A stretch of 64,000 nucleotides of DNA from Mytilus californianus. Lineage: Eukaryota. Every line of letters starts with the position of its first letter. Position 1 is the stretch's first letter. The stretch lies in NCBI RefSeq assembly GCF_021869535.1, contig NW_026262593.1, positions 50,964,001-51,028,000 on the forward strand. Reading direction: 5' to 3'. The notes beneath the pieces are model-generated. The model had not been told where the DNA came from, ran no database searches, and saw only the letters and a list, made by a program, of their open reading frames with translations. The translations under genes were made by a program, and so were the position numbers. Below are positions 24,739 to 36,398 of this stretch, piece by piece.

Positions 24739-24827
24739 TTATGTCTTCATCATATGAATATCAGGCACAATCCCTCCTGTTAGGGGTTTAGTATTATACC
24801 GTCATAAAATATATGAGAAGAACATAA
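24739..24827 (-). promoter_or_regulatory. Eukaryotic SECIS element in the Naiad 3'UTR
   Basis: The element has AUGAC (24805-24801), 8-bp helix II GGUAUAAU/AUUGUGCC, apical AAA (24789-24787) with a mini-stem, and UGAU (24763-24760). Helix I is long: UCAUAU/AUAUGA, UCUUC/GAAGA and UUAUG/CAUAA. Confidence 0.88.
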
Positions 24828-24866
24828 CCCGTGTCATGCCAACAACTGGTTTTAGAATAAATATGT

Positions 24867-27866
24867 TTAATTCCGATGCAAAGACCCTATAAGTGAATCA
24901 ATATTAAAGCCAAAATATGCAATCTTTAATGACCTGACAACAGTATCGTAACTATATTCCTTCTTAATAAGTCTGTTTAAAGGTTTTGTTAGCTTTTGAG
25001 GTGAATACTGACATTTTTGTGCTTTGTAAAGAATATTACCATAAAACTTTTGATGTGAAATACCCGAACGTATAAGATGCCTGCATGTTGAGTTATATTT
25101 ACGAATGATGTCCTTTTACCGATGATAAAATTTAGTAAATGTTTTGACTAGTTTATGATATCGAAAACCCTGGTGTAATTATTTTTCAGTAATATATAAA
25201 TTTCTCTCGCTAAAATCTAATACGTTGTTACATACACGAGCGAATCGTACAAGTTGAGATTAAACAGGGGAAGATGGTGACAAGGGAACGTCACCATCTA
25301 AAAATGGATAATTAACGATAGGAAATGAAAAATCATCTCTTTTATCATAAATTTTTGTATTAAGCTTCCCGTTAATGATATAGATATCAAGATTGAGGAA
25401 AGGACAGTGGTCATTGTTAGTATTAGCTTTATTTAAAGTAAGTTCAACAGGATAAATTTCTTTAGTATACATACTGAAGTTGTCATTATTGAGAGCCAAT
25501 ATATCATCCAAATATCTAAAAGTATTGTTAAATTTTTGTATCAGATGTTGTTTCGATGGGTCTTTGCTGATTTTAGTCATAAATTGTAACTCATAACAAT
25601 ACAAAAACAGGTCCGCAATAAGTGGTGCACAGTTAGTCCCCATTGGAATTCCGAAAACTTGACGATATATGGAATCTCCAAAGCGAACAAAAATGTTATC
25701 AAGTAAAAATTCAAGGGCAGATATAGTATCAAATCATGTCTAATTGACATAGCTATTTTGTTTGTTGCTACTAAAAAATGACATAAAAGAGTTTGAACAT
25801 ATGTATTCGCATTCCGACTTTTTAAATGCCCATTTAATTAGGTGTGTGAATTTTTTCTTAATAAGAATATGAGTCAAAGTGGTATATAGGGTAGAAAAAT
25901 CAAAACTTTGAACAGATTCAAAATCACCAATATATGCATGCAATTTATTAAGTACTTCCAACGAGTTTTTGACACTCCAAAAGTAGTTAATTCCACTATT
26001 TTCAAAGGCTTTATTTGAACAATTTATTATCAGGTTTTTGATTGTACCAAGTGTACTAGTAAGTAGAATAGACAATTTAGTAGTGGAACAATGACTTGAA
26101 GACGAAATAAATCTATATTTGTAAGGTGATTTGTGTAGCTTCGGAAGCCAGTACATAGTTGGAACTTTCATTGTATTTGGTTCTGCTTGTAAAGAAGTAG
26201 CTAATAGTTTATGTTTGTTACAGATATCGTTTTCTGAAAATGAAGTCAGTTGGAATGTTGGTGAATTCGTGATTTCCTTTTGCAGAACCTCAATGTAAAA
26301 TTTACGTCAAACTATAATGATATTATTCGCAGCTTTATCAGCCGGGACAAAAACAAATTCCTTGGCTAGTTCTTTTAGTTTATGTTTGATACGAGAGGTA
26401 GGATTTTTATGGTTGTTGTAAAGAGTAAAATGTTCTTTAAAATGTTGTATACGTATATCAACTATCTTCATTACTGAATTAAAAAAAGAGTCCAAAGATT
26501 TTTTGTCAGCTTTTTCCCGTTTTATCCATTTCAAACAGTAAGCACAAAATGAGTCGTGGATGATATTACGACACTCATTCCAATTAAGAATTGACGGGGA
26601 CGATATTTAGGTCCTTTACTGAGGAATGATTTTAACTCTCGGTCGCGAACGATGTTAAGGTCTCCTGTTATAACATGGGAAATGGAGCCATAAGTGTATA
26701 TGGAATTACTACAATTACATGACGGAGGTGTATTTTCACTGATATTTACATCTTTACAGACTTGGCTATAATTAAACACAAATTTTCGGGTAGATTTCTT
26801 GTAAATATAACAAATAAGAGGGAGTTCAGTAATATCAAAATATCCAGGAATTTGTTCTTTAACAGAATGGTCGTTAAAAATATCGGCAATATTTACAAAA
26901 TTAAAACCTTTATTGACATACTTTATTTTAATAAAATGTTTTTTATGATCTTTAGGGCGATCAATTTTGGGAAACAGTTTAGAATAACAATATGCCATTA
27001 TAATTTGAACGATTTCATACTTAGGACTGCAATATGAAATTGTGTTGCAATCCTCTAAAATTTTATTTAATTTATTAATAGGTAAAGAACAGAGCTTGGT
27101 TAATAGATAATGTCTGCCGTTGTTTTTTGAAATAGAAATTAGGTCCGAAATATTTGTATGGTTGGTCCGATATTTTCTTTGATTGCGATTTTTTCTACGC
27201 CCATTACAAACAGTTTTAGAAACTATATTCAAAATGTTAACAGAATCGGTTCTTGATATATTACCAATTCCCATGATATTATCATTAAGACCGAGAGGGT
27301 AGACTGTCTGTAATTTTTTAATCCAATTTAATTCAATTATTTTCCGCGATCGTACAAACTTTGAATGAGATTCACCAGGCTGCTTATTTATTACTTCTAA
27401 AGGTTGAACTGTTAAATATTTAATAGGATGATTGTGCTTTTTAAGATGTTGATAAATGATACTTTTTAATTTATTGGGTCTTTTTTAACACGATACAGGT
27501 GTTCTTGCGTGCGTTTAGATAAATATCGTCCAGTTTCACCTACGTACTGAATACCGCATCCCGGTTTGTTTCATGTGAGTAAATAAATAAATAAATACTG
27601 TTTGTTTTTCAAGTTATATCAGTTTCAAAATTTAAAGAAAATGTGCGACCATTAAACGTAGACCTTACCGTATTGTTGGTGGAAAGACGGGGACATGTAA
27701 GTCATTTTTTGGCATGACACTTATCGATAGAAGGGTAACCACGATTTTTATTGTTAAAAATGTTAGCGATGGTAGTGTTTTTAGATAAGCGATTTTGAAG
27801 ATTGAGACGTGTAGATACCCTTTGAACGAGTTTAGTATTTAATATTTTTCCATTTCTAAGCTTCAT
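24867..27866 (-). pseudogene. Naiad ORF (about 1000 codons, MKLRNGK... to ...SLHRN*), candidate selenoprotein; this copy is disrupted by frameshifts and TAG/TAA stops
   Basis: In-frame TGA codons occur at 27702-27704, 27609-27611, 27571-27573, 26307-26309 and 25734-25736, each in a Cys-type context. Frameshifts lie near 27590, 27480, 26590 and 25270, and a TAG at 25740 replaces a probable Trp. Confidence 0.85.
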
Positions 27867-30393
27867 ATTTGTTTTTTGTTATGTGGATTTTATTACAAAG
27901 GAGCAAAGACTGGCGTCCAGAATATGAACCAGCACACAATAAATTGAATTATGTGAATATGATAAAACTGTTCGGCTAAAGACGTCAAACGCTATCCGTC
28001 ATAAATTACCCGAAAAATAAAACAACAGATAGGGTATATCAGGGAAGCGACTGACGTCTGACTAAATAGAAGAATGGGGCTGAATGTGAAATACTACTTT
28101 TTGATAAATATTCCTAAAGTAATGAACATAGAGAAGTTCTCGCTCGGACACACACTCCATAATCTAGTATATTATAAGAGCATAAACCTGAAGCACGGCG
28201 AGGCACTCTACTGTCTCCACACGGCACTAAAGACAAACTCTGTAAAAAATAAAATTGAGAGAATGGAAATGGGGAATGTGTCAAAGAGACAACAACCCGA
28301 CCATAGAGCAGACAACAGCCGAAGGCCACCAATGGGTCTTCAATGCAGCGAGAAACTCCAGCACCCGGAGGCGTCCTTCAGCTGGCCTCTAAACAAATAT
28401 GTATACTAGTTCAGTGATAATGGACGTCATACTAAACTCCAAATTATACACAACTAAAATTAAAAATGATACAAGACTAACAAAGGCCAGAGGCTCCTGA
28501 CTTGGGACAGGCGCAAAAATGCGGCGGGGTTAAACATGTTTTTTGAGATCTCAACCCTCCCTTCTATCAAGGAGAGCAGCGTTGATCGTATATGAGTTTG
28601 GGACTGTCTCTATTGCTACGAAAATTCAGTACAAGAAATGATGTCATGATAATATCATAAGTACAAAAGATTGTTTTTCTTTAGTTATTTTTCCTTCTTT
28701 TTTGCATAAGTATCTTTTATATTGTGACCATTATTTATGACATTCAAAAGAGAAGAATCGTTGTTTATAAGGTTCAATAATACAAACATGTATGCATGAT
28801 ATTCAAAATGTTATCTCTTCAGTTATTCTCGATGACAAAATATATTCAAAATTAAATTGTAAAATTATTTTTTTATATATTCGACTAATTCATTTATCAA
28901 AAAACAACACTATTCTTCAACATGAAAAGGACTAACACACGTTATTTGCAAAGAAATTAAAGGAAAGTTATTCTAATATCATGTTTTATGCAGACGAAGG
29001 TAACCATTAATTTGTTTCGAAATTAACATTTTCTTAACCCCTTTGGTGAACCCTTGCATTACGATCTTTCAATATTATCAAAAAGTTTTCACGAGTTGAA
29101 ACTTCATTTAATTATTGATTGTAAGTGTCAGTATTTTTAATAAAAAAAGAAATGAAAACAGCAACGTCTTGCACATTTAAAAACTACGTGGCATAACGGG
29201 TTTATAGATGAAGAACAGCAGTTAAAGCACTACACATTTGTTTTTCGTTTTGCCTAGTACTTGTAGGCATTTTGTTTCGTCGATCGTATTCTATTGCAAT
29301 TGGTAATTCTTTTCCAGTAAATATTTTATTTCAAATTTTATCAACAAGATTTAAACGTATGTCCCGTCCCAAGATGTGTCTCCCAATAAACAACATTTGA
29401 ATTAATGCTGACTTTAAAGATACTACCGAAAGTAGATGGTCCGCATCAGTTCTTTTCCTTGCAATTGACACAGATGAACGCCTTTGAACTAATATCTATG
29501 ACTAAGGTGATGGCAAAATTATATCAGTATCTTGATCACACAAAAAAATAGAAGCCTATTTTTTCTTAAATCTCCCAAAAAAATTCAAAACGGAAAGTCC
29601 TTTATCAAATGGCTAAACAGTGATGAAGCAAAAATAATGTTCTTTTTCACTCAAGTGAACCGTACAGGTGAAAAAATATAAATGTTAACGTGAAATGAGT
29701 TTAACATTTGTCTTTCGGGGCCTATAATAGCTGATTATGCGGTATAGGTTTTCCTCATTGTTGAAGGTTGCACGGTGACCTATAGTTGATAATGTCTGTG
29801 TCATTTGGTCTCTTGTGGAGAGTTGTCTTATTGGCAATCATACCACATTTTCTTATGTTTATATATAGTTCTGAATTTCAAATGAATTTCATGCACACGA
29901 TTTTTTACATGAAATTCACATGAAAGTAATATGTCTATGTTAGCCTTTTGTAGCGCCATCTTTTAACGAGATCATTGTTTTTTATCTATATATATATTTA
30001 TATCGTGATCCGTTTATTTGGCAATCGCCATGGCAGTCAGCAGGGTTTAAGAACATCCGTTGTTCGACCTGCTAGTCAAATGCGTTTTGTTAAAATATAC
30101 TTTTTCACTTTTTGGTCTTTTGGAAAATGTTGTTTGTGCTGTATTTAGACCCCTCTACCAAGAAATTTGTTTTGCATGCACACGTATAAAAATTGCGGTT
30201 TTTATCCAACGCAATCATAGGTTTGAACGTTGTTTTCAATTTAGACTTGTTTATATTTTTTCGTTTGGGCTTGTATTATTTTTGCCTTCGGGTTTATATG
30301 ATCCGTTCATCCTATTTCGACTCTTCAAAATTCAAGAGTCAATCCCAAATTGAGGTAAATTATATGGCCTTCCAAATACCGTTTCGATTCCTA

Positions 30394-30437
30394 ACATCAC
30401 TGAAGAGACATTCATTGTCGAAATCCGGATATTGTGT
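30394..30437 (+). ncRNA. Minimal hammerhead ribozyme, unit 1 (one stem I mismatch)
   Basis: ACATCA-CTGAAGA-GACA[TTCAT]TGTC-GAAA-T[CCGG]A-TA-TTGTGT. Confidence 0.75.
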
Positions 30438-30928
30438 ACAAATTTTTGCACCTCATGTTTGCGGTATACCATCTTTTCCGCAAGTTTTTTGTTTTCTATT
30501 TGGTATTAGATTAAAATTAAGATCCATTTTGTTACATCTGTGATCCGTTTATTTGGCAATCGCCATGGCAGTCAGCAGGGTTTAAGAACATCCGTTGTTC
30601 GACCTGCTAGTCAAATGCGTTTTGTTAAAATATACTTTTTCACTTTTTGGTCTTTTGGAAAATGTTGTTTGTGCTGTATTTAGACCCCTCTACCAAGAAA
30701 TTTGTTTTGCATGCACACGTATAAAAATTGCGGTTTTTATCCAATGCAATTATAGGTTTGAACGTTGTTTTCAATTTAGACTTGTTTATATTTTTTCGTT
30801 TGGGCTTGTATTATATTTGCCTTCGGGTTTATATGATCCGTTCATCCTATTTCGACTCTTCAAAATTCAAGAGTCAATCCCAAATTGAGGTAAATTATAT
30901 GGCCTTCCAAATACCGTTTCGATTCCTA

Positions 30929-30972
30929 ACATCACTGAAGAGACATTCATTGTCGAAATCCGGATATGGTGT
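30929..30972 (+). ncRNA. Minimal type I hammerhead ribozyme, unit 2 (fully paired)
   Basis: It has stem I ACAUCA/UGGUGU, core CUGAAGA, stem II GACA/UGUC, GAAA, and palindromic stem III AUCCGGAU. The AUA triplet predicts cleavage after 30966. Confidence 0.85.
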
Positions 30973-31343
30973 ACAAGTTTTTGCACCTCATGTTTGCGGT
31001 ATACCATCTTTTCCGCAAGTTTTTTGTTTTCTATTTGGTATTAGATTAAAATTAAGATCCATTTTGTTACATCTGTGATCCGTTTATTTGGCAATCGCCA
31101 TGGCAGTCAGCAGGGTTTAAGAACATCCGTTGTTCGACCTGCTAGTCAAAAGCGTTTTGTTAAAATATACTTTTTCACTTTTTGTTCTTTTGAAAAATGT
31201 TGTTTGTGCTGTATTTAGACCCCTCTACCAAGAAATTTGTTTTGCATGCACACGTATAAAAATTGTGGTTTTTATCCAACGCAATCATAGATTTGAACGT
31301 TGTTTTCAATTTAGACTTGTATATATTTATATATATATATATA

Positions 31344-33028
31344 TCTTTCTTAGACACTACTACATCTATTGAGGACGGTGTCATATCAACAGATCTCTAC
31401 TGTAAACCTACAGTAAAACATCAGTACCTTTCTCCCCAAAGCTGTCACCCCAAACACTGTACAAAAAGTATCCCGTACAGTCAAGCTCCTCTGAGGAGGC
31501 TGTCACTAAACGGTTACAGGAACTTCGCGGTTTTTTTACCAAACGAGCTTATAAGAAATTGGACATAGATAAGGGATTTGCGCGTGCTAATAACAACAGC
31601 CGCAATGACCTATTACAGTACAAACAGAAGAGGTGCAGCAAAATAGTTCCGTTTGTTTTAACATACAATCCCGCCTTTACTAACCTTTCACGTTTGATCC
31701 GTGCCAATTGGCAAACTATTGCCTAGCACCCAAAATTGTCCAAATTCTTTCCCAATCCTCCTGTCTTAGCTTTTCGGAGACCAGCAAGTCTGAAAGACTT
31801 ATTTGTGAGAGCTGACGTCTCCTCTAATAAAAGCTGTTCAACTGCAGGATGGTGCAAGACGTGTGGTAACAGACGATGTCTGACTTGCCAACAAATACTG
31901 AATACTCCAACATTTACGTGCCACTCCACTGGGTCTGTGTAAACTATATTTTGTAATGTAACTTGCAAAACACAGAATGTTGTATACCTTCTTCAGTGTC
32001 GATGTGGCATGCAGTATATTGGCGAGACAGAACAGCCATGCAACAAACGCATGAATAGTCATCGAAGTGACTACACCTGCAAGCCCGACCTCCCCGTTAG
32101 TCGTCATTTGAGATCACCTGGGCACGCCCAAGCTGATCTCAAAAACCTTATAATCACGATCATAGATCACAACGAGGGTTGGTCAAGGGCCGAAAGACTT
32201 GCTCGGGAAAGGTTTTGGATAAGAAAGCTAAGGACAGTTTCCCCAGAGGGCATAAATGAAAAAACATAGAATGAGTCACTCATTTTCCCTACCATCACTC
32301 ATTTTCCTGACATCATTTGTTTACAGTTACTCCGGCTTCCTTACTTGACTCTTACAGTTTTAAGGATTCTTTTGGAATTCTTTGAATTTTACTAGTTTAA
32401 ATACCAGGGTTCTTTTCATTTGGTAGGGATGTACAAGTACGCATCCACGTCCAATTATTTAACCTTACTAGCCTAAATTTACTATTATTTTTTCTTTTCA
32501 TTATAAAACTGCTATTTATTTGGGATGATAAATACGCAACTTCTGTTTGACATATTTTACCAGCTTATATCGATCAGTGCTGTTTTTTTGGGAATGTATT
32601 TACACGCAGTTGTTGTAACATCTTAACTGACGTCATTTTGGAATTTTAGAGTTGTGCCAGTTCATATCTCTAATTACTATTTTCATTTTAGGCATGTCTT
32701 TGAGTCGTTTTTTGGAAATTTAAAAAAATTATTAGCGTCTCTACATATGATGTTCGGGTGAAACTGTTTCACTTTTTTATTGTATAGAATTGAAGATTGC
32801 TATAGTTTAATAATCAGAATAGATTGATCTGATTCATTTTACATCGTGCTCATACTGATGAAGGATATCTGTTATCCGAAATATTTACAGCTACATTTGT
32901 TCGTTTATTGTAATTTTTTGGTGATGTTGTACCCTTTTAGACTGGTTATATATTATATTTTGTAGTGTACTGTATCATATTTATATGATCCATCGGCCCG
33001 TAAGATTTATCGTTGGCTATTATTCAGT

Positions 33029-33033
<5 letters not shown>
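31344..33033 (+). mobile_element. 5'-truncated canonical Penelope-like element (RT end plus C-terminal GIY-YIG endonuclease and 3' tail)
   Basis: Broken frames read FLDTTTSIEDGVISTDLYCKPT..HQYL...SCHP.H..KSIPYSQA, then CGNRRCLTC, then NVVYLLQCRCGMQYIGET...RMNSHR...RERFWIRKLRTVSPEGINE, with a stop at 32269. Confidence 0.9.
32848..32891 (+). ncRNA. Hammerhead-like motif in the PLE 3' tail
   Basis: CTGATGA-A-GGATA[TCTGT]TATCC-GAAA-TAT-T, with an interrupted stem I (GCT.CA.TA / TA.C.AGC). The copy at about 41005-41040 is mutated in GAAA. Confidence 0.5.

Positions 33034-33080
<47 letters not shown>
33034..33080. repeat. (TA)n microsatellite
   Basis: About 23 TA units directly visible. Confidence 0.98.
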
Positions 33081-33085
<5 letters not shown>

Positions 33086-34350
33086 CATAGGGTATACATA
33101 GGGGATGATAGCCAATGACACAACTAGCCATCAATTGCCGAAGCAAGAAGATCATCGTACAGTCTTCCAAAAATGAGCAAAACCCATATCGTATAGTGAG
33201 CTATGAAAAATCCAAGTATGACAATATTTGAAACAATTCAAAGGAGAAACTGATGATTTAAATAATAAACAAGAAAGAGATATATGAAGTGTTAGTTTGT
33301 GAATATCAAAAGTACTTTTTTCACCCCGGTTTTTTTTATTGAATTCCTCTTATCTTTATGTTAAGGTTTCTAAAAAGTGCTTTGTTGAATATTGTTTTTT
33401 GTCGGTAAAATAAAAAAATATGGTATGATTGCAAATGAGACGACTGTTTATTCACCAGATACCAAATGACGTGGATGTAAGCAACAAATGTTCAGATGGC
33501 CTTCGACAATAAGCTTTTCATATAACGTTTGAAACAAGCCATAAGGGGTACTGTCAGTTCAAAATGTAAAGCAATTCAAACGAGAGAAAAAGCCAAACAA
33601 AGACAAAATAACACAACACAACGCACATTACTAAATCAATGTGAGAGGGTTGACCGTTACTGAATATAAGTTTAAATACCAATTACAACTAATAAGAATC
33701 TTGCTTCTCCGAACTAAAATAAAAATCAATATACACCAAACAGATTCGTGTACACAGTTTAAAAAAAAGGCATGTACAAAGCAAAATATGAATAAGATGA
33801 TGTGGTATGAGTGCCAATGAGACAATTATCCATCCAAGTCACAATGTGTAAAAAGTAAACAATTATAGGTCAAAGTACAGCCTTCAACACGGAGCATTGG
33901 CAACAGCGAACAGAAAGCTATAAAGGGCTCCAAAATGACTAGTGTAAAACAATTCAAACAGGAAAACCAACGGTATAATCTATATAAAAAAAAACAAGAA
34001 ACGAGAAACACTTATGTACCACACCAACAAACGACAACCACTGAGCAACAGGCTCCCGACTTAGGACAAGTGCATACAAATGCATACAAATACAAACGGG
34101 TTTAATCGTTTTAACAGGCGCCAACCTTCATCCTAACATGAAACAGTAGTGTAACATTACAACATAAAAAGACAAACAATAAAATAGCAATTGAAATGGG
34201 TTAACTCGATCAAAAAGACATATAAACAAAAACAAGTAAATACACACTGAAAGAATGAGTTTGATTTATGACACAAAAATATAAAAAAGATGTGACAATG
34301 TCAAAAAGACAACTTTAACCTAGGACAAAATAAATGCATAGCAATACAAA

Positions 34351-34570
34351 CTGTAAACCAAGTATTTTCGCGAGCGATTCATTTTCGCGGCTTTAGAGAG
34401 TAGAAAAATAACGCGAATATAAATCGTCGCGTATATGTAAAACTTGGATCTTTCCTCATTTAACTACATCAATCAAATTTGAAAATCGCGAAATTAAATT
34501 GCTGCGAAGTGGGCTAGTATTAAGGGCTATCCGCGAAATAAAGTATCAGAGAAAATAAGTTGGTTTACAG
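34351..34570. mobile_element. MITE, 220 bp
   Basis: TIRs are CTGTAAACCAA.TATTTTC and GAAAATAAGTTGGTTTACAG, with internal TTTCGCG/CGCGAAA repeats. Confidence 0.8.
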
Positions 34571-35039
34571 TATTCAGGTATGTTTTATTTTGGATAACAA
34601 AATCAATCGTTGTAACGAAGAAATTCCAAGGCAATATTCACATATCTTACTAGAATGTTTAATTAATAAGTTTGTTTTGATAATCGTTCAGTTTACTTTG
34701 AACGGACTTAGATTCGAGCTCTATAAACAAACCTACAGTAAAAATTAATGTATAATATTCCTCTGTAATAAGGTGTCTACAAGGTACAGCTGATTTTAGA
34801 ACCAAATCCTTAATCTTTTAATGAATTTAATAAATCAATTTGTGGTAACGAATGCTCTAGGTACATAATTTACCAGACTGTTATACATAAATGATAATCA
34901 TTTCATACACCAAAACCAGATACATTTGTTTATCTTTCTTCATTCACTCTTGTGGTTGTCTTTCTTATAGGTTTTGAATATCTTATTGTTATCCTCTAAC
35001 ATTTATAGTATACACCCCTTTCATCGTGTTTCAAATAAA

Positions 35040-35255
35040 AACTCATACAAAATATCAGGCTTTATAATGTTGTACGTCAGATACGCGTTTCGTCGTCATA
35101 AAACTCATCAGTGGCACCTGAATTAAAACAATTGGGAAGCCAAATCAAAGACGAAATTGTTAAGGTTTTTCTTCCAGAAAATTCCCACAATCTATACCTG
35201 GGGTTAGAAACGTCTAAATGTTCCGAAAAATTCGATGTTTTATATACGACTGTAT
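35040..35255 (-). mobile_element. Inverted partial copy of the about 376-nt retrozyme family with a decayed hammerhead (35075-35117)
   Basis: The minus strand reads GTGCCA-CTGATGA-GTTT[TATGA]CGAC-GAAA-CGCGTA-TC-TGACGT. The flank resembles 14340-14580. Confidence 0.65.
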
Positions 35256-36196
35256 AGATAGGTTTCCACTTACTTTTTTGTTAGAGTTATTTCCATTGGC
35301 TGCCATATTGTGAGAGATTGAAGTTATTTGACAAAGTACAAGCAAGTCTGATAAAAGTTCCTGACTAGATCGCAGTTATGAAGTATATAATACGAAAGCC
35401 GAGAAGGATCTCCTTAGAATAAAGAAATGGACCTTATTTTGACGCAAAATTGGCTGTAACTTTACCTTTTTACACATTTTTTTATTTTTTTATTGGCGGA
35501 AAGGGGGGGGGGGACGCCAGGTGCATCCCGCGTGAATCCGCAGCTGCTGGTAAATGGACGTGGCTTACTGCATATTTCATTTAAAAACAGAATGTTTTCA
35601 GATATTATGAAGCTTAACTTTGGTACCTATTCCAAATGCCCATTCAAAAAAGGAGGTTCGACGAATTCTCTTCAGAAGAAGAGTGCACACTCAACTTGAA
35701 CAAAATTGTCTCATCCACTCATAAAAATGACATCTATTAAAATTGTTTTCCTCGATTTAGATTGAATTAGAATCTTTTTGTAGCAAATTGTGCAGATCTT
35801 CATTTATACAACACAAAAATATATTTTTATATCGTCCGCTTTTCGGTGTAGTGAATGAGAATTGCTGTCCGGTGTAAAATTAGAGAATATGCAAGAATGC
35901 ATTGCCTTCACTGAGGTGACCAATCGATGGAGACCGTAGCGATGTTTATTTTATTCACACAGGTAACACATTGTAATTGAGAATTTCATGCTGTAAGGAA
36001 ATCAAGCATTTCGCATTGTGTCAGAAAAGACAAATTTTCTTACATTGTAGAGGACGTGTTTACATAATTTTGACATGATATATTTGATAGTATTAAATTT
36101 TAACTATTTTTGTAAATGATTATTTATTAATTAATTCCTGTTATTTATTTTACCCGAAATCGCCTTTGTAAAGCGCGAAAATGTGTTGTAATATTC

Positions 36197-36398
36197 GAGG
36201 GTGGTAAAGGGTTATTTTCGTGCAACGTGTTTTGTCATTTTTATTTCACGTGCAGCCGTGAAAAAGGCTCGTTATTCACCGTGTTTCGTGGAATCGGTAA
36301 AAAGATCAACGTGCAAGAAATTTTTAATTGTTCGTTCATCGTGAAATGGCAATTTTATTTCGCGTTCTTCCGTGCAGATACCCCCCTTTACGCCCCTC
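36197..36398. mobile_element. MITE with imperfect GAGGG.. TIRs
   Basis: GAGGGTGGTAAAGGG pairs with CCCTTTACGCCCCTC. ATATTC is present on both flanks (36191-36196 and 36399-36404). Confidence 0.6.

Larger units (their letters stand above)
24349..28561 (-). mobile_element. Near full-length Naiad-clade Penelope-like retroelement (N-terminal GIY-YIG, CxC linker, RT) with pseudo-LTRs
   Basis: The upstream partial pLTR (28248-28561) repeats the 3' end (24349-24560, which has an internal deletion). The domain order is GIY-YIG (IYLLT..GCGIQYVGETGR, ELNWIKKLQTVYPLGLND), then CNC, then RT (PADKA, YWLPKLHK, FDFSTLYT, GIPMGTNCAP, FRYLDD). Confidence 0.92.
30005..31321 (+). repeat. Tandem array of 2.46 x 535-bp units, each complete unit carrying a hammerhead ribozyme (retrozyme or PLE pseudo-LTR type)
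   Basis: Unit starts (TGATCCGTTTATTTGG) are at 30006, 30541 and 31076. The units are near-identical and flanked by (TA)n tracts. Confidence 0.95.

Noticed and set aside
30005-31321. CRISPR-like or prokaryotic interpretation of tandem repeats
   Set aside because: The units are long and near-identical with no short repeat-spacer structure and no cas genes. The window is eukaryotic, with spliceosomal introns, LINEs and SINEs.
30060-31384. Repeated 97-aa and 116-aa ORFs (MFDLLVKC..., MRFLSNAI...)
   Set aside because: They recur only because the 535-bp unit is repeated. They use non-ATG starts, have no recognisable domain, and are truncated in the third unit.
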